Shown: one piece after another, positions 13,354-25,743 of the stretch
Layout of the letters: the number at the start of each line of letters is the position of its first letter
Numbering within the stretch: the stretch's first letter is position 1
Source of the DNA: Octopus vulgaris
Taxonomy: Eukaryota
DNA: 64,000 nucleotides
Direction: 5' to 3'
Assembly (NCBI GenBank): GCA_951406725.2
Contig: OX597831.1
Location: forward strand, 46,624,001-46,688,000
Notes under the pieces: generated by a model
The model's database searches: none
Seen by the model: the letters and a program-made list of their open reading frames with translations, nothing else
Told to the model about the DNA's origin: nothing
Program-made: the position numbers and the translations under genes

Positions 13354-14295
13354 TTGCGGCGAAGTTGCCAGTTCCTCTTCGTCTCTGATTATTTCATTCT
13401 TCGTTTTTATTTCCTCCTTTATGTCGGTGCTTCTCTTGGCTGACAAAATCGATTTTCGTGTGGAACAATAATCTCACACAGGTCACATTTGACGGACGGT
13501 AGAAGCCTTTGCTGAAGTTGGTTGGTCTTTCATCGTCACCGTTTACTTTCTTCATTCCTTCGACGATGTCCTTCAAAATGTTCTATGCCAGTGTTGATGG
13601 TGTGATACGACGCTGTTCTGTTTTCTGCGCATTGCTCCCAGGATTTATGGTCATTGTCTGTGTCAATTGGTCTTTGGGAATCCTGTGTGATCTGTGGTTT
13701 AATTTCGTTGTAGAGGGCTTGATGTCGCAGTCCAGTACTCTTTATACGGTGGACATGGCATGACCATGCGAAGCGATGCTTGGTGGTGATAGCCTCAATA
13801 CTGTTGGTGTTGGCCCATTCAATTACTGCAAGGTTGTTGACATAGTCATCCTATTTCATGTTGATAAGATACCGCAGTTTTTGTAAATGAAATCTCTCCA
13901 GTTTTCGAACATCCCAGTGGTACAAGATTCACGTCTCACAACCATAGAATAAGGTGGAAACGACCACAGCTTATATACCGTGTGTTTAGTTTGTAGTTTC
14001 AGGTCCTTGTTTTCAAAGGCACACCAAAAGAGTTTTCCAAAAGCGACATGGGCAGCTCGGATCCTGTTCTCCATGTACCTTACTGCCATACACCAAGAAA
14101 TTCCTTGCAGGAATCTATCAAGAACTTCAAAAAGGCATATGATCACTTCGGTCTGACAATCAACATCCAGAAGACCAAAATACTTGCACAACTTGCTCCA
14201 AACACAATCCTTGCCAATTTCAACATCACTGTCTCCTATACACTCCAGGAACATGTTGACCAGTTTCCTTAACTCGGAAGCATCCTCTCTACACA
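13354..14295 (-). mobile_element. RTE-clade LINE 3' portion with inverted 5' segment (~14085-14295 on +)
   Basis: Minus: ENRIRAAHVAFGKL...DLKLQTK. Plus: SLQESIKNFKKAYDHFGLTINIQKTKILAQ...VDQFP*LGSILS. Both are RTE RT C-terminal motifs. Confidence 0.8.
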
Positions 14296-14315
14296 ATGGA
14301 AATAGACACCGAAAA

Positions 14316-14392
<77 letters not shown>

Positions 14393-14721
14393 TGTCTGTA
14401 TATATATGTATTCAGTGTTTAGTATTCAGATCTATATATCTTTTGTAAATTAACTAACAAACGTGACTAGAAATTTTCGCCAAACTTTTCACCGTGTGTA
14501 TTATAGGCGTATATACGTGTGTATATATGGTTTTGTTTATGTATCTGTACATTTTTGTTGGATTGTATGCTTGTATGTGTGAAGGCTGCGTGAATTAGAG
14601 GCGGCAGAGTGTCATCAACATTACACGCTTAGTCACACAATGCTATGAAGTAGAGAAATGCCAACGAACTTTCGTCAAGCCAATTCAGTGTACAAGTCCG
14701 AAGTAGGGTGCAATTAACGTA

Positions 14722-14752
<31 letters not shown>

Positions 14753-14878
14753 ACACACACATGCGCACTCATTATCACTCTCTCACACACAAACACGGAC
14801 ACATATAACCACTTATATGCATACAAACGCAAATGCACATAAAATAATCGTATGCATGCATACATACATACATACATA

Positions 14879-14979
<101 letters not shown>

Positions 14980-15139
14980 CATACATACGCTACGAGGGAC
15001 TAAGTCAAAACTACTGTAATAACCACATTGTACCGAATGCGAAGGAATGCAACTCTCGAAGCGATCTTCTTAAAAACAGACTCAGCTGCATATCATATGA
15101 TTTCGTAACTACTTGATAAATTCTTATAAAGATTTTATG

Positions 15140-15189
<50 letters not shown>

Positions 15190-15244
15190 CGGAGATGTAC
15201 TCGCATAGCAAGTAATTTGATCTGAGATCGTGTGCTGAAACGAA

Positions 15245-15386
15245 AACAATTGCAGCGTGGAAGGTGTTTATAAGCCATTTAAGAAACACACAAAAGCCGT
15301 TCGATTCACTTAAATGTTGAAGTGAATCGAACGGCTTTTGTGTGTTTCTTAAATGGCTTATAAACACCTTCCACGCTGCAATTGTT
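15245..15386. repeat. Perfect 67-bp inverted repeat with 8-nt spacer
   Basis: Arm 15245-15311 is the exact reverse complement of 15320-15386; a single diverged arm also occurs at ~4938-5002. Confidence 0.95.
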
Positions 15387-15400
15387 ATATATATATATAT

Positions 15401-15752
15401 ATTGGTAAAACGGTAAGATAACAAAAGAAAGAAAGAAAGAGACCTCAATATTATGTGAATAGAGGAAATTCATCTATAAAATAATATGTTACATTACTCG
15501 ATAGTCAAGATAAAACTCTGAGTTTCAGATGCCGAAGTGGGAATCCACAACGCCATCTCTTCGGTTATCTGGCTATTTGAAAACGCCATGAAAAAATACC
15601 GTTATTCAAAGGGAAATTACTGTGTTATAACTCTACTTGCCTGCGTACTTATACATCGCTATGTAAACGTACACATCTTCACTCGCATTTTTCGCGATGT
15701 ATAAGTACGCAGGCAAGCAGAGTTATAACACAGTAATTTCCCATTGTATAAC

Positions 15753-15753
<1 letters not shown>
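15401..15753 (-). mobile_element. PLE-type terminal-repeat cassette with HHR variant (15509-15569) and a 60-bp fold-back (15600-15659/15694-15753)
   Basis: Same family as 43575-43790 and 51480-51980; gataa-CCGAAGA-stem II-GAAA-ctcagag-TT-ttatc; (TA)n on both sides. Confidence 0.7.
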
Positions 15754-15812
<59 letters not shown>

Positions 15813-16034
15813 AATGTAGGATAAAATTTTTTCTAAAAATAAAAATTTTATCAATGGCCAGCTTATTAAAAAATACTTTTAAAGGTTAAATTTATAAACA
15901 ACTAAGTACTCCAAATACATCCAAAAGAGAATTTCTATTGTGGATCTATTTGGGGTACTTAGTTGTGCTCATGACTTAGTGTTTGCTTCTTTCATGGGTA
16001 TGAGTAAGTATCTCATTTATTTCTTTGCCACATT

Positions 16035-16087
16035 TATCACTGACGAAGGAAGGGTTCTTACGAACTAACCCTGAAATCGGTCCGATA
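16035..16087 (+). ncRNA. Minimal type I hammerhead ribozyme motif
   Basis: tatca-CTGACGA-agga-agggtt cttacgaact aaccct-GAAA-tcg-GTC-cgata, inside the (TA)n-flanked cassette 15811-16233. Confidence 0.65.
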
Positions 16088-16232
16088 TGGTAATAATGGA
16101 ATTTTTTAGAGATTTCTGTCGAACTGTTTTTGAGTAGCGTGCGTATTGTGAAAAATTATATGGTTATGGACAGAGTGTCTAATTTCGACATATTTGGCAT
16201 TAGAAATTTTTTCGTTTGCCCTTATTTATAAG

Positions 16233-16276
<44 letters not shown>

Positions 16277-16391
16277 GTGTACATAACCAAATAACCAAAT
16301 TCATAACCAAGTAAAATAACCATATAAAATAACAGTGATTAAGTAAACGTGTAATATCAAAGATTTATTTTACTACTACTACTACTACTAT

Positions 16392-16423
<32 letters not shown>

Positions 16424-16640
16424 AAAACAATCGAACAAAATGATTATATACAGTACTTGATTAATATTTTATTTTATCGATTTCTGAAAGGTAAATGAAA
16501 AAGTGAATTTTTTCATATGACACACCAGATACAAATTTTTAGAAAATTTCCACAGAGATGTAGTTTTTTTTTTTACTCTAATTACGAAAATCATTTGAAG
16601 GGAAATTAAAAATAAAAAGAATAGAAAAATGCTATTAACG

Positions 16641-17341
16641 CTTAAATATTGAAATATTTTGGTATTTCAGCCAATGAAATGCAACCATTCTCGACACGCA
16701 TATTGTCTCTAAAATTTTTTGTTTTGTTTTTTGGAGACCTTTGCCCCTCGTTATAGTTTGTTTTTGCTTTCGTTTTTGATTATTCGTTGTTTTGTCAGGA
16801 ATTAATAACAAAGTTGTTACATAATCATTAACGATGAAAAATAGTTAATGAATGATAAAAAAAAAACAAAAAAAAACAGAGAACAAATTATGAAAATGAA
16901 ACAAAGCAACAAAGAAGTTTTGAAAACTGAAATTTGGCGATGTATTGCAGCATTTTCTGAAAGAGGTCACAATATTTGTGTCTGTACCACCGTATAAACT
17001 CGCGGAGGTATGAGTCAATCATAAAACGATGAATACCACGGCACTATTTATCTGTAAAGTAGTTCCAATTACGTTCAACTAGTTGCGTGTGGATTCCATC
17101 TGCTGAGTTGACAAATTCGATGCCGTGTTTCACTGTTCTATACCGAAGAACATAGTCTCGCATCTCAAGAATATAGGAATAGGCTCGCCACAAGTCTCCA
17201 CATACAGTGGATCACGATAGAACCGACTCTGAGACGTATTCCTCCAAATTAATCGGTATTGCGACGTATTACAGCATGCATTGCCGAAAACCAGTGGTTC
17301 GCTTCTCATTGGCTGAAATTCCAAAATATTAAATCTTTAAG
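16641..17341 (-). mobile_element. Merlin (IS1016/ISXO2-like) DNA transposon deletion derivative with ~48-bp TIRs
   Basis: Minus frame ~17211-16927 reads STVCGDLWRAYSYIL...YRTVKHGIEFVNSADGIHTQLVERNWNYF...*CRGIHRFMIDSYLREF. Imperfect TIRs at 16641-16688 and 17294-17341. Confidence 0.8.
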
Positions 17342-17424
17342 GTTTCAGAGCTTTTTTATTATTAATTCCTCCAAAGTGCAAATGGTTTTCATAATCAGTC
17401 TGAAAAATTATACTCTTTATTATC

Positions 17425-17667
17425 TTATTCTATTACTTGTTTCAATCATTTGACCACGGTCATGCTGGAGCACCGCCTTGAAGAGTTTTAGTAAAACAAA
17501 TCGATCCCAGGACTTATTTTTTAAACCTAGTATTTATTCTATCGGTCTTTTGCCAAACTACTAAGTTACAGGAATTTAAAAACACCAACACCGGTTGTCA
17601 AGCGGTGATAGGGAGACAAACACAGACATAAAGACAAACACGCACACACACACACACACACACATAA

Positions 17668-17713
<46 letters not shown>

Positions 17714-17872
17714 GACGGGCTTCTTTCAGTTTCCCTCTATCAAATCTACTCACAAGGCTTTGGTCGGCCCGATGCTAGAGTAGAAAGCATTTGCCCAAGG
17801 TTCCACGCAGTGGGATTGAACCCGAAACTATGTGGTTAGGAAGCAACCTTACCACAAAGTCACGCCTGCCCC
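17425..17872 (-). mobile_element. SINE family 2 (tRNA-like head, CORE-like CCTTGGGCAA block, internal microsatellite)
   Basis: Matches the copies at 37850-38272 and 40985-41403. Confidence 0.8.
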
Positions 17873-18584
17873 TAATATATCTGTGTAGAAATTTTGGATC
17901 GAAAATATTCAGGAAAGTTGACTTTGGTGGGATTTGAACTCAGAAAAAAAAATTTAACACAACAGGGCTCTTTGTCCGTTTGGCTACCGATTCTGTTAAA
18001 TCATGACAAAATCATAATCATAATCACTATCATCTTCATCGTCACCATTACAAGCAACGCTGTCGCTATCACTACCGATACCATCACCAATATCTACATC
18101 ATCACCATTTGTAGCACTAGCAGCAGCAGCAGCAGCATGTCTACTAGATCATTAAGAGAACAGGAACTCGCCTTGTATCATGTGTGCAACAAAACAAATT
18201 TTAATCTTGCAATGTTTCGTTAGCTTACGGCAGCCAACCGATTCTGTCCAGTGATATCTACGTTATTATGTTACAGCGACTGATTGCACTCGCTGCGTGG
18301 GAATTGCCTCGATAATGAGCATAGCACAGCTTGATAAGGATTTTTGTTATTGACTAGGGGGCTTCCGAAGTAAATCAAATAGTACAAGAGGCAAACAAAA
18401 TTAAAATATAATAAATTAAAAATCAGTAGGGGTTTTATATAGAGTAAAGAGATCGATAACGCCAATAATACCGTTTCATACAGGGTTCAAATTTTAACAC
18501 AAAGCCAGCAATTTTTGGGGAGTGGCTAAGTCAATCACATTGATCCCTGCGCTAACGATTCTTCCAGCTCACTGGTTTAATATT

Positions 18585-18800
18585 GGTTTCAAATTTTTGG
18601 CACAAGGCCAGCAAGTTTGGGGGAAGGGGGTAGGTGGATTACATCGACCCCAGTGCTCAACTGGCACTTGTTTTATCGACTTCAAAATGATGAAAGGCAA
18701 AGTCGACCCCGGTAGAATTTGAACCCAGAACGTAAATTCGGAATGCCGTTAAGCATTGTTTTTTCTAGCGCGTTAACGATTCTGCCAGCTCACCGCCTTA
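18585..18800 (-). mobile_element. SINE family 1, diverged
   Basis: GATGAAAGGCAAAGTCGACC...GCCAGCTCACCGCC. Confidence 0.7.
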
Positions 18801-18957
18801 TAATACCGTTTCATATTAAAGAACGGGAATAAGAAAAACATAGACGCTATCAACACACATGTACACATGTGTGTGTGTGTATTTAAGTATGTATATTTTG
18901 TACGCGCCATTTAAGGCTTAAATTGCTACACTGCATTGGACGAATATATATACATAA

Positions 18958-18997
<40 letters not shown>

Positions 18998-19705
18998 ATA
19001 CATACATACATGGACGTTCTCATTCTCCTTCTTCAGTCATCTGGAAGTAAGGAGTCAACAGAGCATACACAGCTCCTTGTATGCGGCACAAATTAATAAT
19101 TGTATATAGAAAAATTGTGAAAAAATCGTTCATCCAGCAAAAGTGATTCCTAGAAGTCTGGAACGATTATAATATCAATAAGAATTTGCAAAAGCCTGTC
19201 GAACGGTAGTTAAGCATAAAAATATTTCGGTTGTACTTCCAATCATTTTATTTTTACAAACAAATTAGCGAGAAAGTTCAACAAGGATGAAAGCTATCAA
19301 GTTAAAGACTATAATTTACCCAAACAGTTATTCAAAAACAACAGCTAGGTATATGAAAATAAAACAACTGTACACCTCGAGTCTCCAGACAAAATAGTTG
19401 TGTCTGTAAGCCAACCACAAATCAAAAAGAGCTAAAAAATTAATTGGTTGCATATGGCTGTTCATCTGTTTCACAAAATAAACGATACGCTCAGAAAGAA
19501 ACCACTAAGTCAGATGGATAAAAAAATAATTCCCGGTATAACTGAGGAATATGTGTGCCTAAAATATAATTTTGTTCAACTTTACAAGTTCTTTATCGAT
19601 TTGCACTAGATCGAGTTCGCAAGCAATCGATAAACAGTTGGTTGGTACTTCGTAGATTTTTTCCCGTTTATTTCCCGTACTATATTATTACTTTGAATGA
19701 TGTGT

Positions 19706-19920
19706 TGGTTTCACATTTTGACACAAAACTAGCAAGTTCGGGGTACGGGTAAGTCGATTACATGGACCCCTGGGGTCAACTGGTGCTTATTTTATCCATT
19801 TCGAGAGGACGAAAGGTAAAGTCAGCCTCGGCAGATTTGAACTCGGAACGTAAAGACGGATGAAACGCCGCAAAGTATTTTTGTCCGGCGTGCCAACGAT
19901 TCTGCCTGCTCGCCGCCTTT
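19706..19920 (-). mobile_element. SINE family 1, diverged
   Basis: Similarity to the family 1 copies along its length. Confidence 0.7.
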
Positions 19921-20512
19921 TTCTTTTTTTTAATGATATATTAAGAGATTATACAAAGCCTCCATAAGAAGTTTTGCAGGAATAATCCAGATTGGCCTCC
20001 GCAGGTGGTTGCGCTGGTAATGGAAGAAAGTGATATTTTCCAAATAATGGATTCCTTTTCATGGAGAATTACAATTATCTCTTCTGAGTCCCCGACTTGC
20101 TGGTGCAGGATTGCCTGCAGGCGGCAAGATATTTGATCGGGGGCGATTGATAAGAGGTTTAGCGTCTCAATTTATGTAAGAGGTTCATTACCTCATTTGT
20201 GTGTTTTTTTTTTTGTTTTTTAAGTAAAAAGAAAAAAATGAAAAAAGAACAGTGTTCTCGAGGGGCTTCGATCGGCGGGTGTCGTTTTGCTCCTCTCATT
20301 AAAATCCTAATTTTGTTTATCATTTCATCTCATTAATGTAAATGTCCAGCCCGCAGCTTCCCTTCTATGTAATGCCCTTGTGGCAAATTATATGAATAAA
20401 AGACGTTTTGCAGGACAGAACACGACTTATTTCCGAAACAAGAAATTTGAGAGCTGCGAGGTATTTTTCTCCAGGGAGGTGTCTTTCAGTTACAAGCGCT
20501 TCGTTGGTCATT

Positions 20513-21530
20513 GGGTCCCGGACGTGAAATTTTTTTCCCACGAGAGTTCCGGACTCCAGTTATGAACTCATCTGCATACAGCCAATCAGAGCTCACCTTC
20601 ACTTTGTTGTCAAGAAAGCTCAACATAACGTTCGTGAATGTGCGAAAAAAAAAAACAACCAATCTCTTGGTAAAACACACTCTACCAAGCAAACTCAAGA
20701 CGAAATACAGTGTTGTAAGCCGACCGATCGCCAAGCTGTGCTTAATTTTAGGAGACAAGTAATTAGATAGATTTGTGTATATTACCTCAGAAACCTGGAC
20801 GTTATCAAAGAAGCTTGAGAGGCGGTTGGATGGAACCTACACTCGCCTCCTTATGAGAGCTCAAAATCTCTCGTGGAAGCGCCATCCAACCAAAATGCAA
20901 ATATATGGGAAACTACCACCTGTGTCATCTCTTGTGAAAGGTAGGAGAGTCCAGTTTGCTGGACATTGTTGTAGAGCTGAAAAAGAAGTAATTTCTACTC
21001 TTCTCCTCTAGAAGCCATCTACTCGCAATACTAGAGGGCGCACACTCTCCTACCCTGATGTAATCTCCAGGGATACAGGCATCCAGCAACAGGACCTCCG
21101 TAATGCTATGATGGACCGTGAAGTCTGGCATAACATAGTAAATTCCATTGTCTCGACCACGGTCGAACAATGATGATGATGATGTATATTACCTATTATC
21201 AGATTTCTTTGGCCCTCATATGGTGGATAGGAAAAATGTGGGTTGAGGGTGATGTACTAACCACCCTCTTCCCTTCCTGTTTTACAAAGTAAGCAACAAC
21301 ACAAATAATTATGCAGAGGTAGCCATGGTTGAAACAAGAACAAAAACGACAAGCGTTATTAAAAGAGGAAAGATGCATAATCATTCCTTACCCAAGTGAC
21401 TTTATCTTATCGTCCGTCACTTTATGCGCCCATAAACTAGTTTGATAGTTGAGCTCTGATTGGCTGTATGCAAATGAGTTCATAACTGGGGTCCGGAACT
21501 CTAGTGAAAAAATTTTTCGCGTCCCGGACC
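20513..21530. mobile_element. Non-autonomous TIR element (~80-bp inverted ends) interrupted by an RTE
   Basis: 20513-20595 is the reverse complement of ~21450-21530. Confidence 0.65.
20788..21182 (+). mobile_element. 5'-truncated RTE LINE with TSD TGTATATTACCT and (TGA)n tail
   Basis: SETWTLSKKLERRLDGTYTRLLMRAQNLSW...RRVQFAGHC; identical 12-mer at 20776-20787 and 21183-21194. Confidence 0.88.
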
Positions 21531-22378
21531 AGCGTACAAGCTGAAATCCCCTCTTAGAGCCCTCGACTATATACGCTCGATTCTTTGCTGTTAAAAAATT
21601 CAAATATACATTTGGTTTTCATTGACTATAACCACGACATTTCCTGGATATTCAACAGGAACGGTGTAGATATTTTTTATATAACAGTGTCTCTGTTTAA
21701 GTTAATTCCTCTAAGCTGATGGATATTATTTTATTTGTTTCCACAAAGGAATGATTCGGTGTAATTGCGAAATACTTGCTCTCTTTGATAGTGTGTGCGT
21801 GCGTGTATGTGTGTGTGTGTGTGTGTGTTTGATGTTATGCTATTGGTGTTTTTTGATGAAATTTAAAACCGAAAAATACATGATTCGATACTGAAGCAGA
21901 TATTACATCTTTTCTTAGATAGAAACACATAGGGATACACGGGGGTTGGAACTTCGGAGTGAGCCTATAACGGATTGCCAAGCAGCACATGTGTGCACGT
22001 TTTGTATGTGTGCGTACGCTTACTACCATCTGGACAGGGTGAGTCCGTAGAGAAAGTCTATATTTTAACTAGGAAAAGAAAAGATATTTCACGCTGTCAA
22101 AGCATTACCAATAGTCATTTAAGATACCCAACCAAAGGAGATACCCCAGTATTCTGGGGTATGAAAATAAATCGATTGGCTCAAGAAAGAAGCTGAGTGA
22201 TTGATGATGACCCCGGACAAATACCGGCAAAAAGAAGGGTTAATAGTAATGGTGGTGGTGGTTATAGTAGAAGTAGTGGTGGTGTTTGTAGTAGTAGTAT
22301 GGTGATAGTGGTAATAGTAGTGGTAGTGGTGGGGGTGGTAGTAGTAGTAATAGTAGTGGTGGTGGTGGTAGAAGTGGT

Positions 22379-22413
<35 letters not shown>

Positions 22414-23413
22414 TAGTAGTGATGGTGGTAGTGGTGGTGATAGTGGTAGTAATAGTGGTGGTGGTAGTAGTTATAGTTATGATGGTGGCAGTTGTAGTAG
22501 TAGTAGTGGTGGTGGTGGTGGTGGTGGTGGTGGTGGTGGTTGTAGTAATAGTAGTAGCAGCAGTAGTTGTGAAGAAACGATCATAGACTGGGTCACCTTA
22601 CCATTATTAGCCCCTGTGCGAATCAATTATCTGGGCCCTATAGTATTTACTTACTGACAGCAAGCCACAGCATTATATAATTCAAAATGTGGCCCCTAGA
22701 CCTCTGGTTCCCTGGGTAAGTGTCTAGTGAGCCCATTCCTTAAAACGACGCACATCATAGTAGTTAATGGCTGTTGTAAAAAGGCAGGTCGCCATCCTCG
22801 ACCAGTTGTAGTTGGATTTATAGTTAGATCTTGCTTCCATCACTTTAACACATTACCAGATTAGGTGAAGCTATAATTTGACAAGCAGTAAAAACGTGCG
22901 AATATAATGTAAAATCCATTTACCGAAAATTGGATTCCGAGGAAATAATTACCTTTTAATCTTGATTGGATAACTGCATTTTTTTTTTATTCTGTGAGAT
23001 GTAGTGGTGGAATTTGTGGTGGCGGTGGTGAAGTTGGTGGTGATGGTAGTAGTAGTGGTGGTGGTGACGGTTGTGGCGGGGAAGATGGTGGTGATGGAGG
23101 TGATGGAGTTGGTGGTTCGTGTCGTCTGTTTTTGTTGTGCTTTTATTTTACGTTTATTTTGATTTTCTTTAGCGTTTGTATACGTTGAGTGTTTATTCCC
23201 CACCCATTTTTTTTCTTTTCTATGGAAGCGAGGACGGGGTTAATGTCGAGCTGTTTGTTCATGATTCCAAAAATTTCCATTAATCTTGTTATTTAAGAGA
23301 CTCGCTTACACGAATATTCATGCACATGTATTTGCAAATATGTATGCGCACACACACGCTCAAAAGTCACACACACACGCTCAAAAGTCACACACACACA
23401 CACACAAACATGT

Positions 23414-23470
<57 letters not shown>

Positions 23471-23645
23471 CATACTTTCATCTGTTCATATGTACATGCA
23501 CACATATGCAAATGCAACATATTCTTCTCGCAATATATATATATATATATATGGTAATAATAACAGTTACCCTTGGATGGAATTTATAAACATTTTAATG
23601 CATCGCTACGTACGTTTCCACAAATCCTATGTCTCTTAAGATCAA

Positions 23646-23800
23646 AGTTCGTATTCCTGGGCTGCTTACAATATAGTCCGTATTATCTGTGGGCATCGTG
23701 TAGATCATATATCGCCAGAAGATATGAGTCCATTGAGATGGTCCACCCGATGCCTACGGATATTATGGACTACACTATAATCATCTCAGGAATATGGACT
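23646..23800 (+). other. Long imperfect hairpin (~155 nt) with G-U-compatible mismatches
   Basis: 23646-23661 pairs with 23785-23800, and 23674-23698 pairs with 23748-23772. Confidence 0.7.
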
Positions 23801-23956
23801 GGAATAGGAGCTTTATTTGCATATGCGAAACGTTTCCCATGAACAAATTATATATATATATATATATATATAACTTAAATCTTGAATATAATTTTAATAA
23901 ATAAGGGGACTTCATCCAAAACATTTTCATTATAGTACTATACACCATATTATAAT

Positions 23957-24040
23957 GACGTACATGTGTTTCCGCTACAGTGGTTATACACTGTTGCAAA
24001 TGTAACCTTGCAATATTGTCGGCACAGTTTCATGAGAGTC
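23957..24040 (-). ncRNA. Degenerate hammerhead-like motif
   Basis: gact-CTCATGA-...-GAAA-cacatg-TA-cgtc, lying downstream of a possible PLE ORF end on the same strand. Confidence 0.35.
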
Positions 24041-24523
24041 CGTCCATTTGGTCACCCTCGAAATGAACTGACTGGAGAAAGTCTTTGTTAGTTAATGTTC
24101 TGTGGGAGTTGAGGAGTGTTGTCATTTATAAGTATGTACTGCTGACCTCAACTTCACCCCAGTCACTGTCCGAAGTTGGGCTTGGTCTAAAATAGGTCTA
24201 GGCCGAGATTATTCTTTTGGTAAGACTCTTCGGTCATTTTAATGGTTGTGCGTATTACGTTTTGGATTTACAGTGTAACACTTGTATTGATGGGTGTATA
24301 TAGCTCCAAATTAACTTTTGGGATGTAGAAGTCTTCATGCTCTTTTTTATTATTAATATTAATATATAATCCAGACAATTTTTATCGTTCAGCGAAGAGT
24401 ACACACGTAAAAATTCAAGTAGTGACCAACAAGTAATTGTAGTCACAGACGTTAGAAACTGATCTGCTGTGATGATTCTAAAATACAACACATAAAAAAC
24501 CTAACGGTATTTCTTTTTTCTAC

Positions 24524-24607
24524 TCCTCTGAAGAGATTTTGCTTAATATAATGATTTTAATAATTGCTATTTAATCTTTTAGGCTTAATTGAAACAGCTG
24601 TAAGGGA
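24524..24607 (+). ncRNA. Minimal type I hammerhead ribozyme motif
   Basis: tcct-CTGAAGA-(AT-rich insert)-GAAA-CAGCTG-TA-aggga; palindromic helix III; same core as 8619-8844. Confidence 0.65.
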
Positions 24608-24841
24608 CTATGTTTGATTTTAGCAGATAACAATTTTTTAATAAATGCTTTATCCTCATTTTCTTACTTTCTTTTGAATGATTATAAACCATGATTTATA
24701 CATAAACCTATTGTTTTATGAATGCTATTATTCACAACAAATATTTGGTATTGAACCAGTAACTCATTGAATGATACAATCCCTTAATGACGATAATTTA
24801 ACCTCTGATTGAATATATATATATATATATATATAAAGAAG

Positions 24842-24893
<52 letters not shown>

Positions 24894-25110
24894 GGTGTAT
24901 GGCGTTGTGCTTCTCTTTGTCCCCCATCATCGCCTGAGAGCTGGTGGTGATTTGTTTATGTGCCCATAATCTAGCAGATCGGCAAAAGAGTTGGATAGAA
25001 AAAGTACCCGGCTTTAGAGAAAAAGGAAAAGGGTCGATCCGTTCGGCTAAATCCATTGAAGGTAGTGCCCCATCATAGCTGCAGTCCTGTGACTCAAACA
25101 AGTCAAAGAT

Positions 25111-25188
<78 letters not shown>

Positions 25189-25207
25189 ATATATATATAT
25201 ATATATA

Positions 25208-25490
25208 CAGTCAATATCCTCCCGAAGAACCTGAGAGACCTGCATGGGGTGGATGCAGATGTCTTTAAAATGGAACTGGATCTCTTCCTGTCAGGTGTCC
25301 CAGATGAACCAACTTCACGGCAGGAGGTGCAGATGAGGGCAGCTGCATCGAACTCTCTCATGCACCAAATGGCAGTTGCTAAAAAGCTTTCGTGAAGTAA
25401 AACCAAGTAGCAACACTAAATGGCGGTGCCCCAGCATGGCCACAGCTCATGAGCTGAAACTAGAATCAATCAATCAATCAATCAATCAGT
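25208..25490 (+). mobile_element. CR1-clade LINE 3' end, second family, (AATC)n tail
   Basis: NILPKNLRDLHGVDADVFKMELDLFLSGVPDEP motif. Confidence 0.75.
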
Positions 25491-25588
25491 CAATGCAAAC
25501 AAGAACATGCAAGAAAAAACAACAACGCCAGGACGTGGTACAAAGAGTGTGTTATTGGACACTCAGGAAAGGAAAGAAAAGAAAGAGG

Positions 25589-25623
25589 ATTTCACGTTTC
25601 GAGCGGAGCTCTTCATCAGAAAT
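25589..25623 (-). ncRNA. Minimal hammerhead motif with GUG at the cleavage site (likely inactive)
   Basis: attt-CTGATGA-a-GAGC tcc GCTC-GAAA-cg-TG-aaat; related to 47633-47670. Confidence 0.6.
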
Positions 25624-25695
25624 ATAGAAAAAGTCATATTCATTTATTCTTTTATTCCTTTACTTGTTTCAGTGAACGGCCATGATACTGGAGCA

Positions 25696-25740
<45 letters not shown>

Positions 25741-25743
<3 letters not shown>

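Noticed and set aside
17130-17324. 64-aa ORF preceded by an acceptor-like TTTCAG as an exon
   Set aside because: The acceptor-like sequence is part of a TIR, and another frame encodes Merlin transposase motifs.
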